The notes beneath the pieces are model-generated. The model made no database searches. It worked only from the letters and a program-made list of their open reading frames with translations, and had not been told where the DNA came from. From Callorhinchus milii (lineage: Eukaryota), in assembly GCF_018977255.1 (NCBI RefSeq), contig NW_024704743.1:13332001-13396000 (forward strand): a stretch of 64,000 nucleotides of DNA, written 5' to 3'. Below, one piece after another: positions 11,211 through 24,739 of the stretch. Position numbers and translations under genes: made by a program. How positions within the stretch are numbered: the first letter of the stretch is position 1; each line of letters opens with the position of its first letter.

Positions 11211-12334
11211 TAAACACATTCAAAAAGGGATTAGATTAATATTAAAAAAAAGGTTTAAAACATACTGGTAATCCAATTCCCCTGTCCTTCAATTTACATT
11301 TATATATTTCATGTTGGGAGGATGTCTCAAAGTGCTTGACAATGCTGGCTAGGCACCCTAGTTGGGGATGGGAGGCGAGGGGAAAGATGACTATTAAGAT
11401 GATATTAAACTGTTGTGTATGAAATTCAGTAACTTCACAGCCAGAAGCACCGGCTGTGGAGCCCATGAGCAGCTTTATCTTTCTTTTAACCCCAGATCTC
11501 TGCTCATGTGCTCAAGCTGAAACAGAGATCACTTAGTTATACAGTATTTGTTATACAGTATTTGTCCTGGAAATCCCACAGTCAAGTGAAATTATTCTAC
11601 AAACTCTAAACACTGTAATTCATGTCTGGATTTTACAGTGCTCATTGCAACGATCCAACCACCGTGAAAATTGTGGCTGAATTTGCGTGAAAAACTGAGT
11701 ATCAGTGATCTCTGAAGCATGGTGATTCTGGCTGGAAAACACCAACCAAGACCACCTTGTAGGGTGTGTTTTCAAGGGCTTGATTCTCACCGTTGCAGTA
11801 AATCGATTCAGTCTCCACTATAAAATGTTACGTTATAGCTGTCCACTGGAGGGATTGTTATCATTAGAGAGTTTGCCTGATCGATGCTTCAGTCACATTA
11901 AAAACAAATGGTATTTGTTGCTGGTTAGCAGTTCCGGGTATATGTGCTAAGTTATGCCTTGGCCAATGTGATATTGGGCAGAAGTGTAAATGCTGTTTCC
12001 CAATACTGTGCACATCACTCAGCCAGTGTTTTCAGCAGTATTTTCTGGGTATTAGTTAATACAGAATAACAATCACTAAAGATTGTTTGCAAGCTAGTGG
12101 TTTGACTGATATCATAGGTATAGCACTTTATCAGGTCAAGTCAATATTTACTCCATCAATTAATTCTTCAACAGAGAACTGAACAAATAGCAGGTTGAAG
12201 ACTGTTTGGGAGGATATTGGGAGTAGAGGGAGCTGGAGATGGCTGGTCCACGGGGCTCAATATGTTCCTGTGCTGCTGGATGGGAGGATGCAACAAATAT
12301 TTTCTATTGAGAGAAAAGAGGCCAGGTTTTGAAT

Positions 12335-13075
12335 GATCATCATAATGATCCTTGTACTTGATATAGCGCCGTATCACGTCGTTGAGATATCTCAAAGTGT
12401 TATAATAATAATAACCGAATAATAATAAGTTTTACAGTATGTATTATAAAGTGAATTGATTGTGTATTTTGTGGGCAAAACGCTGCAGCAATTTGCGCAC
12501 AGCAGTGTCCCACAAACAGTCGTGGAATGACTGATCAATTTTTTGGGGGGAGGTGGGGGCAGGATTATTATCCTCGAAAAGCGATCTGCCAATCAACTAA
12601 CAACCGGATTCCTACTTACTGCTAGGTAATAATAATAATAATAATAATCCTTGCATTTGATATAGCGCTTTTCACGTCGAGAGAACGTCCCAAAGCGCTT
12701 CACAGAACACACTGTAAAGTGAATTGACTGTATATTTGTGGGCGAACGCGGCAGCCAATTGCGCACAGCAATGTCCCACAAACAGTCATGGATTGAAAAT
12801 GACCAATTTATTATTGTTTTGTTTTTTGGAGGGATTATTATTAGGCGTGTGGAGTAAGGAAACTTGCCCAAGGTTTCGCCCTCTGCCTGGAATTGAACTC
12901 AGGTCTCTCACTTGCAAAGTGAGTGCTCTAACCACTGAGCTACAGGACTCCACAAAGCAGTGTAAGCAGTGTATGGAGTAAGGAACCTTGCCTATGATTT
13001 TGTCCTGCCCAGGAATCGAACCTGGGTCCTCTCGCTTGTGAGGCAAGCGCACTAACCATTACGCTACAGGGCTCC
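12335..13075 (-). mobile_element. Long-form tRNA SINE interrupted by a younger SINE
   Basis: tRNA head at 13075-12990. The body resumes at 12627 (acctagcagtaagtagg on the minus strand) and runs to the tail at ~12335. Confidence 0.85.
12628..12951 (-). mobile_element. tRNA SINE, short young subfamily (nested)
   Basis: Full-length reverse-complement match to 3018-3338 and 36765-37084. Confidence 0.92.
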
Positions 13076-13389
13076 AATGATGGAGGTGTTAGGATGTGTG
13101 AATATCCTGGATATTTTTCTTTATCATCTTTGGAGGAAGGGGTAACTTTCCTCTGCAGATAAGAGCAAGTGCATGTCAGATCCATGGTAGGATAGATTTT
13201 TATATGATCTGTGGAAGAAACAGGCTTGTTCTTAAGAAATATTTGAAAGGTTGAATTTCAAAGAACAATAGGGTTAGATTATACAAGAAAAGTGATGAGA
13301 ACTATAATTATTGGTGAATTTAGGAGACATCTCAAAGGGGACCTTATACAGTTGAATATAACTTAAAATGGGATTAAAAAAGTAAACAC

Positions 13390-13670
13390 TATCTTAAATC
13401 AATGCCTTCTAATCACTGACCAGTAAAAATAATTTCTCCATTGATTATCAAAACTTCACAATTTTAAAGACCTCTATCATGTCACTACTCAACCTTCACT
13501 GTTCCAATGGAAAAAGTCCCACTTCTTCCAGCCTCTGCTCACAGACCAAACTACTGATCCCCGGTATCATTCTAACAAATCTCATTTGTATCCCTCTGTA
13601 GCCTTCCTTCCTAAAGTAAGGTGACCAAAAGTGGACACAATAGTTTAATTGCGATCTAAACTAATGAGAT
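13390..13670 (-). mobile_element. Old CR1 3' fragment
   Basis: Reverse complement resembles the CR1 C-terminal coding region seen at 1730-1960 (caaccttc.ctgttccaa..ccggtatcattcta..aaatctc). Confidence 0.65.
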
Positions 13671-13989
13671 ATATTCTTCTTCTACATACACTAATAAAAC
13701 GACAATGTCTGTCTGCACTTCAAGAAGGATCTCAATAACCGATTGACGTGGAAACATTTATACTTCATCGGAAAGATCTTGCATCTGCGCATGGGCATAT
13801 TTGTTTTCTGGTAGCTCCTATTGTTCATGAGTTATTTTCAGTTTTGCATTTTTCACTGCAATTAAACCTGCTGGCCGCCAAGTCAAAGTGTCGCTGTGGC
13901 AACGTGCGTCACAGAGCACCTACGTACATGCACACTGCAGTTACACCTAGTGGCTGCACCAGCTGACCGTGGTGCTGTGGTATCCTGCG

Positions 13990-14890
13990 TGGATGACACC
14001 CAACTCTATCTCTCTGCCTACACCCTTGACTCCAGAATCACTGCTGTCCTGACAGACTTCCTGTCAGACATCAAGTCCTGGATGAGAGCCAACTTTCTAC
14101 AGTTGAACGTCAGCATCAGCATCCACGGATGCACACTCCACCTCACCAAGCCAGTCAGGAACTTGGGCGTCTTATTCGACCCTCAACTGTCCTTTCTCCC
14201 CCACATCCGTGCCATGACCTGCTCTGCCTTTCCCCACCTCCTCAACATTGCCCGACTCCACCACTGTCCCAGGACACCGAAAGGCTCATACATGCCTTCA
14301 TTACAACCAGGCTCAATTATGCCAATGCCCTTTTAATTATTTTTATTATTTTTATAATAATTATTTTATAATAATATAAGTTTGCTGGGTTTCCCAACTC
14401 TTCCATCCACAAACTGCAGATCATCCAGAACTCTGCAGCTTGTGTCCTCTCCCGCACCAGGCTCCGTGACCCCATCACACCCACCCTCGCCCGGCTCCAC
14501 TGGCTCCCCATCCCTCAGAGGATCGAGTTCAAAATTCTCGCCCACATCTTCAAGGCTCTCCCATGGCCTTGCCCCCTCCTACCTCTCCAACCTGCTTGCT
14601 GTGCGCAATTGGCTGCCGCGTTCGCCCACAAATATACAGTCAATTCACTTTACAGTGTGTTCTGTGAAGCGCTTTGGGACGTCCTCCCGACGTGAAAAGC
14701 GCTATATCAAATGCAAGGATTATTATTATTATTATAACCCCTTATCAACCTATCCGCTCCATCCGCTCAGCAGGCTCCGGCCTCCTACTCCATGTCCCTC
14801 GCCCAGCCCAGCCCACCATCGATGGTCGGGCCCTCAGCCTTTCTGCCCCCACCCTCTGGAACTCCATCCCACATTCCCTTCACCTCGCAA
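13990..14890 (+). mobile_element. L2 fragment carrying an AT-rich insert (14331-14381) and a truncated SINE (14596-14735)
   Basis: ORF 13896 has DDTQLYLS..DIKSWMRANFLQLN..VRNLGVLFDPQLSFLPHI. L2 sequence continues on both sides of each insert. Confidence 0.9.
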
Positions 14891-16624
14891 CTCAGTAGCT
14901 CGGGTCTCAATCAGATGACCTATAACCTCAGAAGTTAAGTGCTGAATATGAATTATGGCAGAGGCAGATCCCCTCCACCCCCAACTGTTTTCAATTGCAA
15001 CACTTGTGAAGGCAGGTGACACACTTGATATCCAGTTTGCAGTTTATGGCAGCCAGTTAGCGGGATCATAGCTTTACTCTGATTCCTTTTGTTTAGTAAA
15101 AACACAAGGATTATTAATATTTTATATTATAAAATGCAATCCTGCTAACTAGCAACCGAACACTGTGAACTGCAATTTGACTTGGCCTCATGGGCGTTGA
15201 AGGGCTTTCAGGAAGGGAGGGGCTGGGTTCGTATCTGGGCAATTGATATTCAATACGTGAGGAATTTCTAAATTTAAAACTGCAAATTAAACCCTATTAA
15301 CTGACTCCCTGGTCTTCAGAATCCAACAGTGACGCATGGCTATATTTTGAAGTATATCATACAATGATAAGGCTTAAGTGCATATAATAAGCATATAATA
15401 AGTTACACACTGTTCAGCTGAGCTTTGAAAGCTTATCGGTGTAAACCGCACACACTTGTGCTGCTTTGGTGAGTTACAGGTTTCAAATAGCTAGTGTGAA
15501 CCCACCATTGGTACTGCTCTCTTCAGTAAAATCAGTCTCTAGTCACTGTCAGCTTTAGCACTGACCCCAGCTGGTCTTTATAGACAGGTGGTGTTCCTGA
15601 CTGGTTTAAATTAGACCTGGTCATGTATTTTGGAATTTGTTTTGATGGTTCTCTTAGCACAGAGAAACATAATAAGGTTTCTCTGCATTATGAAGCTCGC
15701 AAACCCTAAATTTGTAGGACAGATTTGCATGTGTAAAAAGAAACCTGAAATGCAGTTTAACTTGTAGCCTTACGGAAATATTGCTGAAGAATAGATTTTG
15801 TTAATGAAATCAAGTCACGCTTTTCATGGAGTTTCATCTGGGTCTAGTCCAGTGGAACAAATGAACTGGAACCCTTTATCATCTTAGAGTTTATATTCTA
15901 ATCAACACTCATCAAGCTCTATATTTTGTGGAAGTTTCTTTAATTAAACAACGTTTTATTGTCTAAATTTTTGTAAGAATTGTTGATGAGATTTAAACAT
16001 TTTTGCAGCTACATCCGTCCACACTGCCAGAATCCATCTGTTTCCGTCATGTCAGTGAGCACAATAAAAAGGAATGTTGAACTCAGACGAGAGTCAGTAG
16101 GCCCTGTCGCACTAAATCCCAATAATAAAAGATCGGGCTGTTTATATTCCCTTAGAACCCAGCCAAATCCCACCTGTCAATCTCCCCCCTGTTTAGAATG
16201 TGCTTCAACCGTGCCCATTCCACACAGGTTGGGTAGGATTCGAATCATGCTCTCACTCTGGGAGAATAAATCCATCCTGGAAGGTCAGTATAGCCTGGGT
16301 CCAAATAAAGCTTTAAGCTCTGAACTACTGAAATTGGGTAATGTTATTCATTCTCATAGTTTGCAGGTTCACAGGTCTAGACAATCACATGTTGAATCTC
16401 TGGAGGCCCCACACCGGATAAAAATAATGTGGTTTATGACTGAAATTGAACTTCAGTTGAACACGTGTCCTCTGATTACCAGAAATGTCATGGATCCTAG
16501 CAGATTCGCTGAATCCTCTTTATTACTAAAGACTGCTGCGTTCTAATAGCCAGCCTGGAGATGCTCAGAAAGTGCAGTGTGATTGAACAGAACATATGAT
16601 TTGTCTTGAGGTTTTTCCTTACAG

Positions 16625-16696
16625 AGCAGTCACTAATAAGAGCTTGCTTGGGTGAGTTACGATGACATTTTCCTTTGTGGCCCGGTACCATTTATG
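16625..16696 (+). other. Candidate small non-coding exon
   Basis: Acceptor gtttttccttacag| (16611-16624) and donors TGG|GTGAGT (16651) or ATG|GTAAGC (16696). Splice signals only. Confidence 0.25.
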
Positions 16697-17679
16697 GTAA
16701 GCTTACTACAAACATGTTGTCAAATGAAATCAACAGCAGGTGTTTGAGGAATGAAAGAGCGGCATTTAGGAGTTCTAATAACACCACTCAAAACATAACG
16801 TCAAAGAAAGCAGAAATATAGTGAGGCCAAAGAAAGCGACGGTTTACCTGAAATTCTTTATACTAGCCTTTGAAATAACTGGGATTTGAGGGTGAGTCTA
16901 TTTAAAACTAGTAACCATGTGGGAAAACAGTCTGCTAAATGGCAGTCTTCAAGTGGAAAATGTGACTTCATATTGTTCTTAAAAAAAATCATTGCTTTTG
17001 AAAGGGAACCTAGTTTTGCCTGTTGAGGAGTATAAAGCACCAATGTAATTTTCTCCCGCAGTTTTCTCCTTTCCCATCTGGAATACTGGAGGCACTGACT
17101 TGTACTTATTCACAGTTGAAAGTAGTTTCCCCTCCCCGAAATGGTCGTTCCTCGCTTACGAGTCCAGCGATTGAACATTTGCTGGCTGTTCAACCATCAG
17201 GGTGACCCAGGCAAACCTGGGCAATCTGCTGATTGAGACTTGTTTAGACATCGTGTAGTACTAACTGGCTTTTCTGCAGAACTGTGACAGTGCTGCATTT
17301 ACTTTAATCTGAAGAGGAAGTCTTGTCTTTTAAAAGTACCCCTTTTTAAGTGTTTCACCAGAATTCTGATTACCTAATATCCTTCCAGGTTTTATTCCCT
17401 GACAACGAGCCCTGACACCATTCACATAGTAAAGAACTTAGTCTCTTTTGCCTTTCTTCACCAAATATATTGCATTGCCTGCACTTATTAAAATAAAGAC
17501 TTTGTCTGACATAAACCAACAATCAAAACAAATCTGTCGGGCTGATTGTGTCTTGTCCGTGGAGTGTATTACCACTAGGCCTTATCTTTGTGGTAGTAAT
17601 GAAGTTACTGGGCAAACAGCAAGAGGCTATGGCTTGCACAGTAAAATTCCCATTAGGCCTTCACACTTTCAGTTATTTT

Positions 17680-17975
17680 AACTCAAGCAGCACAAGAGGA
17701 CACAGGTTTGAGGTCATGAAGATAATTTTAAGGCCTGATAGATACTATGTGGTAGTTCTTCATTTAGAGGGTAAATAACAACTGGAATGGCTTACCAGGA
17801 AGGTCGGGGCCAGGACATTGGACATTTAAGCAAAAGCTTGATGCAGTGATGGGAGGACAGTAGAGTGGGTATTCTGGATGGATGAGATCGGATTAGCCAA
17901 AGGGCTTCTTCATCCAAACTAATCTTATGATCAAAATGGGTTATATTTTCAATTGAAAGGAATGCTTCTCAATCA
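17680..17975 (+). mobile_element. Old CR1-like 3' end
   Basis: STRGHRF-type C-terminus and a 3' UTR (gcttgatgc..ggaggac..gatgagatc..cttatgatc) shared with 31380-31835 and 49900-50092. Confidence 0.65.
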
Positions 17976-18015
17976 AGTGCCCCTGGCAGACATGTTCTTG
18001 AGATGCAAGTGCTGT

Positions 18016-18302
18016 AATAATAATCCTTGCATTTGATATAGCGCCTTATCACGTCTTCAAGAGTCTCAAAGCACTTCACAGAATATATGTAAAGTGAATT
18101 GACTGTATATTTTGTGGGTGAAACATGGCAGCCAATTGCGTGCAGCAGTGTTCCGCAAACAGTTGTGGATTGAGTGACCAATTTATTATTTTTTTTTGAA
18201 AGAATTATTACCCCCGGGAAAGCGATCCGACAATCAACCAACAAGCAGGTGCCTACTTACTGCTAGGTAAACAGAGACATGTGGAGTAAGGAAACTTGCC
18301 CA
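18016..18302 (-). mobile_element. Long-form tRNA SINE, head truncated
   Basis: Tail, Deu-like body and the cctacttactgctaggtaaacagag segment are present. Confidence 0.85.
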
Positions 18303-19576
18303 ATGTTTAATGGGTGGACGATAGGGAGGATGTTCTGGAAGGATGAGATCATAGGGCCACTTTTCTTCCAGGTCACTCTTGTGAGTCTGTTTTATTTTTT
18401 ACTGTATCTTAATTTTAGCCACATCAAGATTTGCAATGTTTTCTTTTGTTGCCTTTAACGCGCATTTATCCTTCCTTGCAAGAGAAATTAAACCCCAGCT
18501 GCCCACAAATTGTCAAAGATGGTCACAAGCGACTGAACAGGTATGTGCTTTTGCAGCTTGAAGGAGCACATACAAAGGCTGTGTGGGTCAGTTTATCCTT
18601 AAGCAAACTGGTCACAGAATTTGCTGTACTTAGCAAATGCCATTTTGTTTATTCAAGCTTTGCTTTGACAAATCTGTTAACCTCTGCATTTAAGAGCACC
18701 GGTAAGGAACCTGGGCCCAGACCTAGTTTGCTGAATTATTGTTGCAGTTAGCTTGCGATTGAATTCTACTTCAGGGCATCTTAACCTATCCCACCAGCAA
18801 AGCTTACTTCTGTGTAAAGAAATGTTGAAGGCAGTGTTTGGGCTTGGTGCTGAGTTCTAATCTAGATGTTCTGAACCATTACTGCTCTGATATCTCAGTT
18901 CTCTAGCCAAGGTTATCCCATATCCCCCTGAGGAGAACTGTTATAGTCTCTGAGCTTAAAAGCTATTTTGTAAAAAAAAGTGAATGCAGGAATAGAGTGA
19001 GATGCCAATAGCTCACACAGTCCCAGTCATGCAGAGGATTTTCACTTGTCTCTTCTTGGTTCAGAAACAAAGCCCTTTGTTGATAGTCCCTGGTTGGAAC
19101 CTGAATTGACTGAGTTTAAACATAATGTTGTAAAGGAAATCCTAGCCTCTCCTGGACTGTGTGTAATGAGGAAGGGAATCCCAGGATAACCACACTAATC
19201 CATGCTTACTGTTTAAAAACAGTTCCCCACTGTTTGTGTAAGCCCTGGACCAAGTATCAGGAGAATTCGAGTCAGAAGTTATTGTTGACTTTAACTCTTT
19301 AACTCCACTCGTTGTAAAAAATGTTATAAAGCCTTGTTTCTCTATTTGGGACTGACCTGTGGAGTCTGTGCTCTATTTTCTCTGAAATGGGGCAGTTTAT
19401 CCATGATTGAGGAATGAATGGTCATGTGGATTCTGTACCTAATTCTAATTTGAATTATCCAGTAATCTGCCAAAATACACAAACTGGTGTATTGGATGAT
19501 ATTCAAAATCCACATCTGGAATTAACAATAGTGGATGATTAAGATCCGAATTATGTACAAAGTCTGCATCATCTTC

Positions 19577-19951
19577 ATAATAATAATAATTCTTGCATTT
19601 GATGCAATTCTTGCCTTATTACATCATTGAGACGTGTCAAAGCGCTGCACAGAATATATTGTAAAGTGAATTGACTGCTTATTTTGTGGGCGAAATATGG
19701 TAGTCAGTTGTGCACAGCAGTGAACCAACAGGTGTGGATTTAATGACCAAATTAAAAAATATATTTTGAGGGCTTATTAACCCCAGAAAGCAATCCGTCA
19801 ATAGACTGACAACCGGGTTCTTACTTACTGCTAGGTAAACCTAGGCTTATGGAATAAGGAAACTTGCCCAAGGTTTCGGCCCGCCGGGTAATTGAACCCG
19901 GGTTCTGTCGCTTGCGAGGTGAATGCTCTAACCACTATGCAATGAGACTTC
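19577..19951 (-). mobile_element. Long-form tRNA SINE, full length
   Basis: tRNA head, central segment, Deu-like body and (TTA)n tail. Confidence 0.88.
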
Positions 19952-21809
19952 ATAACTCCACAAAGTGGACTCTACATTGCACAACATCGGAGTGTTCAGA
20001 TGAAGGTCGTCTTTTTGCTCACCTGATCTCATCCTTCCAGAACACCCACTCTACTCTCCTGCCATCACAGAGTCAAGCTGCTTTTTAAATTAGTCCAGTA
20101 TCCTGGCCTCAGCCACTCCTCCTGGTAACCTGTTTTTGTTGCTAAATACTGCACCCTCTTGGTAAAGAAATACAAACATTGCCACCGCAGTTAAAGCATG
20201 TCACCTAATGCCAGTTCAGGCAAGCCAGTTGCCAGTAAAACATGGTCTGTCTAAATCTTGCCTATAAAGTAGAAATATATAAATAACTTCAGAGAGTATG
20301 TTAGCATTGAGAACAACAGTAAAGGAGGTCATTCGGCCTCTTGTGTCTCCACTTGTGCTAGATCCTCCAACTGGAACTATCTACTCTAAACACATTTCCT
20401 TGCTCTTACCCCATAATGATTTTTCCTCAAGTACTCTTCAGAATTCCCCTTTTAAATAGTGTTGTAAACTCGGACTTGACTGTCATTCCACAAACCTCTG
20501 TGTAAATATAATTCTTTTCATCGGCCCTTGTTTTACTGCTTTGACAATCCTCAATTCATGTATCTTGTTACTGACTCTCTGAGCACTGGAAATAATCTAT
20601 AAATAACCTTATCAAAGATACTCTTATTTTTGTTGGTCTACACAATTCTTCATGATCAGTTATGACATATGCCAAAGGCCATTAATGTAACACCAGACCA
20701 AGTACAGGCTTCACTGAGCAGGATTTCTAAATAACTGGACATATTATGTCCTTTGTCATCTGTTGTTTTGGATTGCTAAGTGCTATTGGGGGAAAAAAAT
20801 CAGGGAAAAAGGGCCCCAACTGCAGAATATTTCTTATTTTATACTTTCCTCAGAAAAAAACCTTCTGGGAATTTGTAAAGTTATGATATTTTCAATGTAT
20901 AAAATATAACTTCAACCCCGTGAGAAGCATAGTTTAAATATTATGCCTTCAAATAAGGGTTTGGTATTCCATGTTTAATCACTTGTAGCAGGCTGGGATT
21001 GAACTCTTGAGTAACCTTGTTGAACATTCTGAATGACTGAGGTTCAGTGAGGCTGATGCCCCTGGAGTTAGTCTGCTAAAGTGCTTGGGAAGCATTCCCA
21101 ATATTATTGTTTACTCATCTCAGCATGCTTAATTTGGAGCTCTCGAGTGGGCATTTTGCTAATGTTCATGAAATGTTTGCTCAGGCCCCAAATCGTTCAG
21201 GGATTAATGAAGGAATAGCAAATGAAGTCAACGTTTGCATTGGAATTCAAAGCAGAAGAGTTGTTGACCTAACAGGGCAAAAGTGAGCCCATGTGTTAGC
21301 AGAAACCTGGGGTCACATCATCAGCACAGTGTGACATCCTGCAGTGCTTAAAGTGCTGTAACTGAAGATAGTAGTTTAATGAATTACACAAGCATTGACA
21401 CTATCTTAAATTGGGCACATGATGTAAGGGCAGCACTGATGTCAATATAAGATACATTAATAATAATCCTTTTGAAGTAGCATCTTTCACATCAGGAGGA
21501 TGTTTCAAAGAGTATCGTAGTAAAGTGTATTGACTCTGTATTTTGTAAGCAAGTGCGACAGCTATTGTGCATGCAGTGATGTCTCACAAACAGCTATGAA
21601 GTGAATGGTTTCAGTTACACCCAATAGAGCGCCCTGGAACATCTTTTTGGGGTGAACGATGCTATTACAAATCTAATTTGTTGTTGTTGTTATCATTTTA
21701 TTCACTGTGATGTTAAAAATTGTCTCACATAGTAAGACTACCTGAAAGTGGTACTTTTGTTCATTGTGAATGCTGGGACTTCCTTAATCCTACCGACGAA
21801 GTCTCTCCC

Positions 21810-22137
21810 CTATTCAGCAGGCACTAGCCTGCTTGACATTACCCGCCCTACCCATCCCACCATCGGCAGTTAAGCCTTCAGCCTTTTTGCCCCCCTCTCT
21901 GGACCTCCGTCCCTGGGTTTCTCCCCTCACTTCTTTCAAGTTTTACCTCAAGACCTTCATCTTCGACAATGCCTTCGGTCATCTTCCCCACCCGCAGCCT
22001 GACCACCCCCTGAAATCTCAACAACCCCTCCCCCATACCGGCCACCACCCCAGATCAGATACAGACCCTGGACTATCTAGCTTCTTGGGATTTTTTCCTA
22101 ATGTGAAGGGAACTATATGAATGCAAATTGTTGTTGA
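21810..22137 (+). mobile_element. L2 3' fragment
   Basis: SFKFYLKTFIFDNAF C-terminal motif and ttgttgttg tail. Confidence 0.75.
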
Positions 22138-22892
22138 TGTACATTCAACACAATGTAACTGTAGCCTCAACTGTGAATTGTAGGCTGATGTCACATGTGA
22201 TGCCTGTTCAAGTTGGCATATGTACATCTGTGGTGTAGGAAAGAGGTCTCCTGACCCTGTGACCTTTCAGCAGCCTTCCCCAAATATTGTAAATATGCAG
22301 CTTAACTCACCATTGTTCTGAATACAGCAATGCTAGTATTGTACCAATATGACAGTGTAAAGGAGATTTGCTTCTGGCTTATACTTTGCCAAACCCAGGA
22401 GTGCTGATATTCTGCTGAAACTACAAAGTGAATGTCCAGAATTTATATCCCTCACATTGACAATCATAACAAAGTACAATAATCTAAACTATAGGAAAAA
22501 GAGTTCAGGCAAAGGAGTTGTCAATTACAGCAGGTTGTGAAGATGCTGAAGACTGTAAAGGAATCAATAGGGATATTTAAATGAGACAGAGACACATTTT
22601 GGGTAGTAAGGTATTAGCAGTATGGGAAAGGGTGAGGCATTAGGATTGAAAGATCTGGACAGATCTAATAAACTGGTGAAACCGACTCGATGGAATAAAT
22701 GGCCTTCTCCTGTTCTTGTATCCTATGTTCTTATGAAAGCACCAGCCCTCGTGACACATTTGATGAGAGAGAAGAAAATTGTAACTTTGAATTACAGCCT
22801 TTGGTTTGATTTGGGAATGGGCTTTCTAAGACTCAAGGAAATAGCTGTTCCCATTGACCATAACAAGACACTCGTTAGGTTAAAGCACACCT

Positions 22893-23450
22893 ATCATAGA
22901 ATCATAGAACTATGCAGCACAGAAGGAGGCCATTCAGCCCATTGTGTCTGTGCCGCTTCTTTGAAAAGAGCTATCCAAATCAATCCCACTCCCCTGCGCT
23001 CTCCCCATAGCCCTGCAAACTTGCCCTCCCCAAATAATTATCTACTCTCTTAAAAGTTGTTATCGAATCGGCTTCCACCACCGTTTCAGGCAATGCATTC
23101 CAGATCCGATTTTCACTGTGTGAAAAAATTTCTCCTCACCTCCCCTCTGTTTCTTTCAACAACTATTTTAAGTCAGTGTCCTGGGTTTACTGACCCACCC
23201 ACCAGTGGAAATAGTTTCTCCTTGTTCACCCTATCAAATCCCATCATAATTTTGAAAATTTATATCAAGTTTCCTCTTAACCTTCTCTGCTCCAAGGAGA
23301 ATAATCCCAGTTTCTCTATCCTCTCCTGATAACTGAAGTCCTTCATTCCTGGTACCATCCTGGTAAATCTCCTTTTCACCCTCTCCAATGCCTTGACATT
23401 CTTCCTAAAGTGTGGTGCCCAGAACTGAACACAGTCTCTAGCTGAGGCCA
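22893..23450 (-). mobile_element. CR1 3' fragment
   Basis: ORF 23260..23463 has CVQFWAPHFRKNVKALERVKRRFTRMVPGMKDFSYQERIEKLGLFSLEQRRLRGNLI. The tail atcatagaatcatagaa is (ATTCTATG)n on the minus strand. Confidence 0.92.
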
Positions 23451-24010
23451 AACCATATTCCATGTAATATTGTAGTGAGAATGAAATTTATTGATGTAGC
23501 AGCTAGCTCAACCACCAATGGTTGGGCGGGAAGTGTGGGGGACCGAAACAAGTGGGTGACTGCCGAATGGAGGGTGGCGGAGGCGGGCAATGTTGAGGAG
23601 GTGTGGAAAGGCAGAATGGTTTATGGCACGAATGTGGAGCTTGAAGGATAGCTGAGGGTCGAAAAGGACACCAAGGTTTTGTATTGGCTCGGTGAGGTGA
23701 AGAAAGCAGCCATGAATAATGATGATAATAATAATCCTTGCATTTGGTATAGTGACTTATCACATCTTTGGGACGTCTCAAAGCACTTCACAGAATATAC
23801 TGTAAAGTGAATTGACTGCATATTTTGTGGTCTGAGGTGCGGAGGCGCTGCTGGGAACCAAGCAGGAGGGCCTCTGTCTTATCAACATTGAGCTGGAGGA
23901 AGTTGGTTCTCGTCCAGGACTTGATATCAGACAGATATTTACCTTCATAACTACATGCCATTTATTCTCACTTTGTTTTTTTAACATTGAAGGTGCTATG
24001 GAAATAATAA

Positions 24011-24400
24011 GGTGTCAGCCTGGCTCAATTGGTAGCACACTCTCTCTCTGAGTCAGAAGGTTTAAACCACACATTGGGACTTGAGCTAAACTGATACTCT
24101 AATCCAGTCCTGCAGGTGTGCTGGCTTGCTGTCCTTCAGATAAGATCTTAATCTGAGATCCCATCTGCTTGTTTAGGTAGAAATTAAAGATTTCATGGCA
24201 CCATTCAAAAGGAGAAGGGAGTTTTTTCTTATGTACTGACTAACAATTGCTCTCAAAATAAAATTAAAAGTCAGTCACATCGTGGCTGTTTGTGGCACAC
24301 TGCTGTGCGTGATACACAGAGTCAATACACTTACAGTAAAATCATGTGAAGGGTTCTGAGGTTTCCTTTCTGACTGAAAGCCACTCTATCAAAAGTAAGA
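24011..24400 (+). mobile_element. Old SacSINE1/DeuSINE-like element
   Basis: tRNA-like head (ggtgtcagcctggctcaattggtagcac..ctgagtcagaagg), central catctgcttgtttaggt..catggcac block, Deu-like ggctgtttgtgg..tgctgtgcg, and decayed tail. Confidence 0.75.
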
Positions 24401-24739
24401 ATCATGGTTATTTTTAAGTTGTTTCTGTGGACTGGTTCAAAATATTTTTAGACATTGGCCGTCTATTATAGTGCTGTCTTTTTGTGAGAGTGAAGCAAGT
24501 GTGAATCCAACAGCAATGTTGTTCTTCCTTTCTAGAAGGAATTTGATTAAACGTAATCCATGCAAGGTATTGAGGCAGTGCAATAATCTTGGTTTCAGGA
24601 TGGGGAAAAACGAGGATAGTTCTCAAGCCACTTTCTCATGGACAAACTCAATAACAACAACAATAAATTACATTTGTATAGTGCCTTTCATGTCAGGAGC
24701 ATGTCCAAAAGCGCCGGACAGTCAGGGATCCGCACCTAA

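Noticed and set aside
15980..16546. 188 aa ORF in unique sequence
   Set aside because: Non-ATG start, no recognisable domain, and no splice support.
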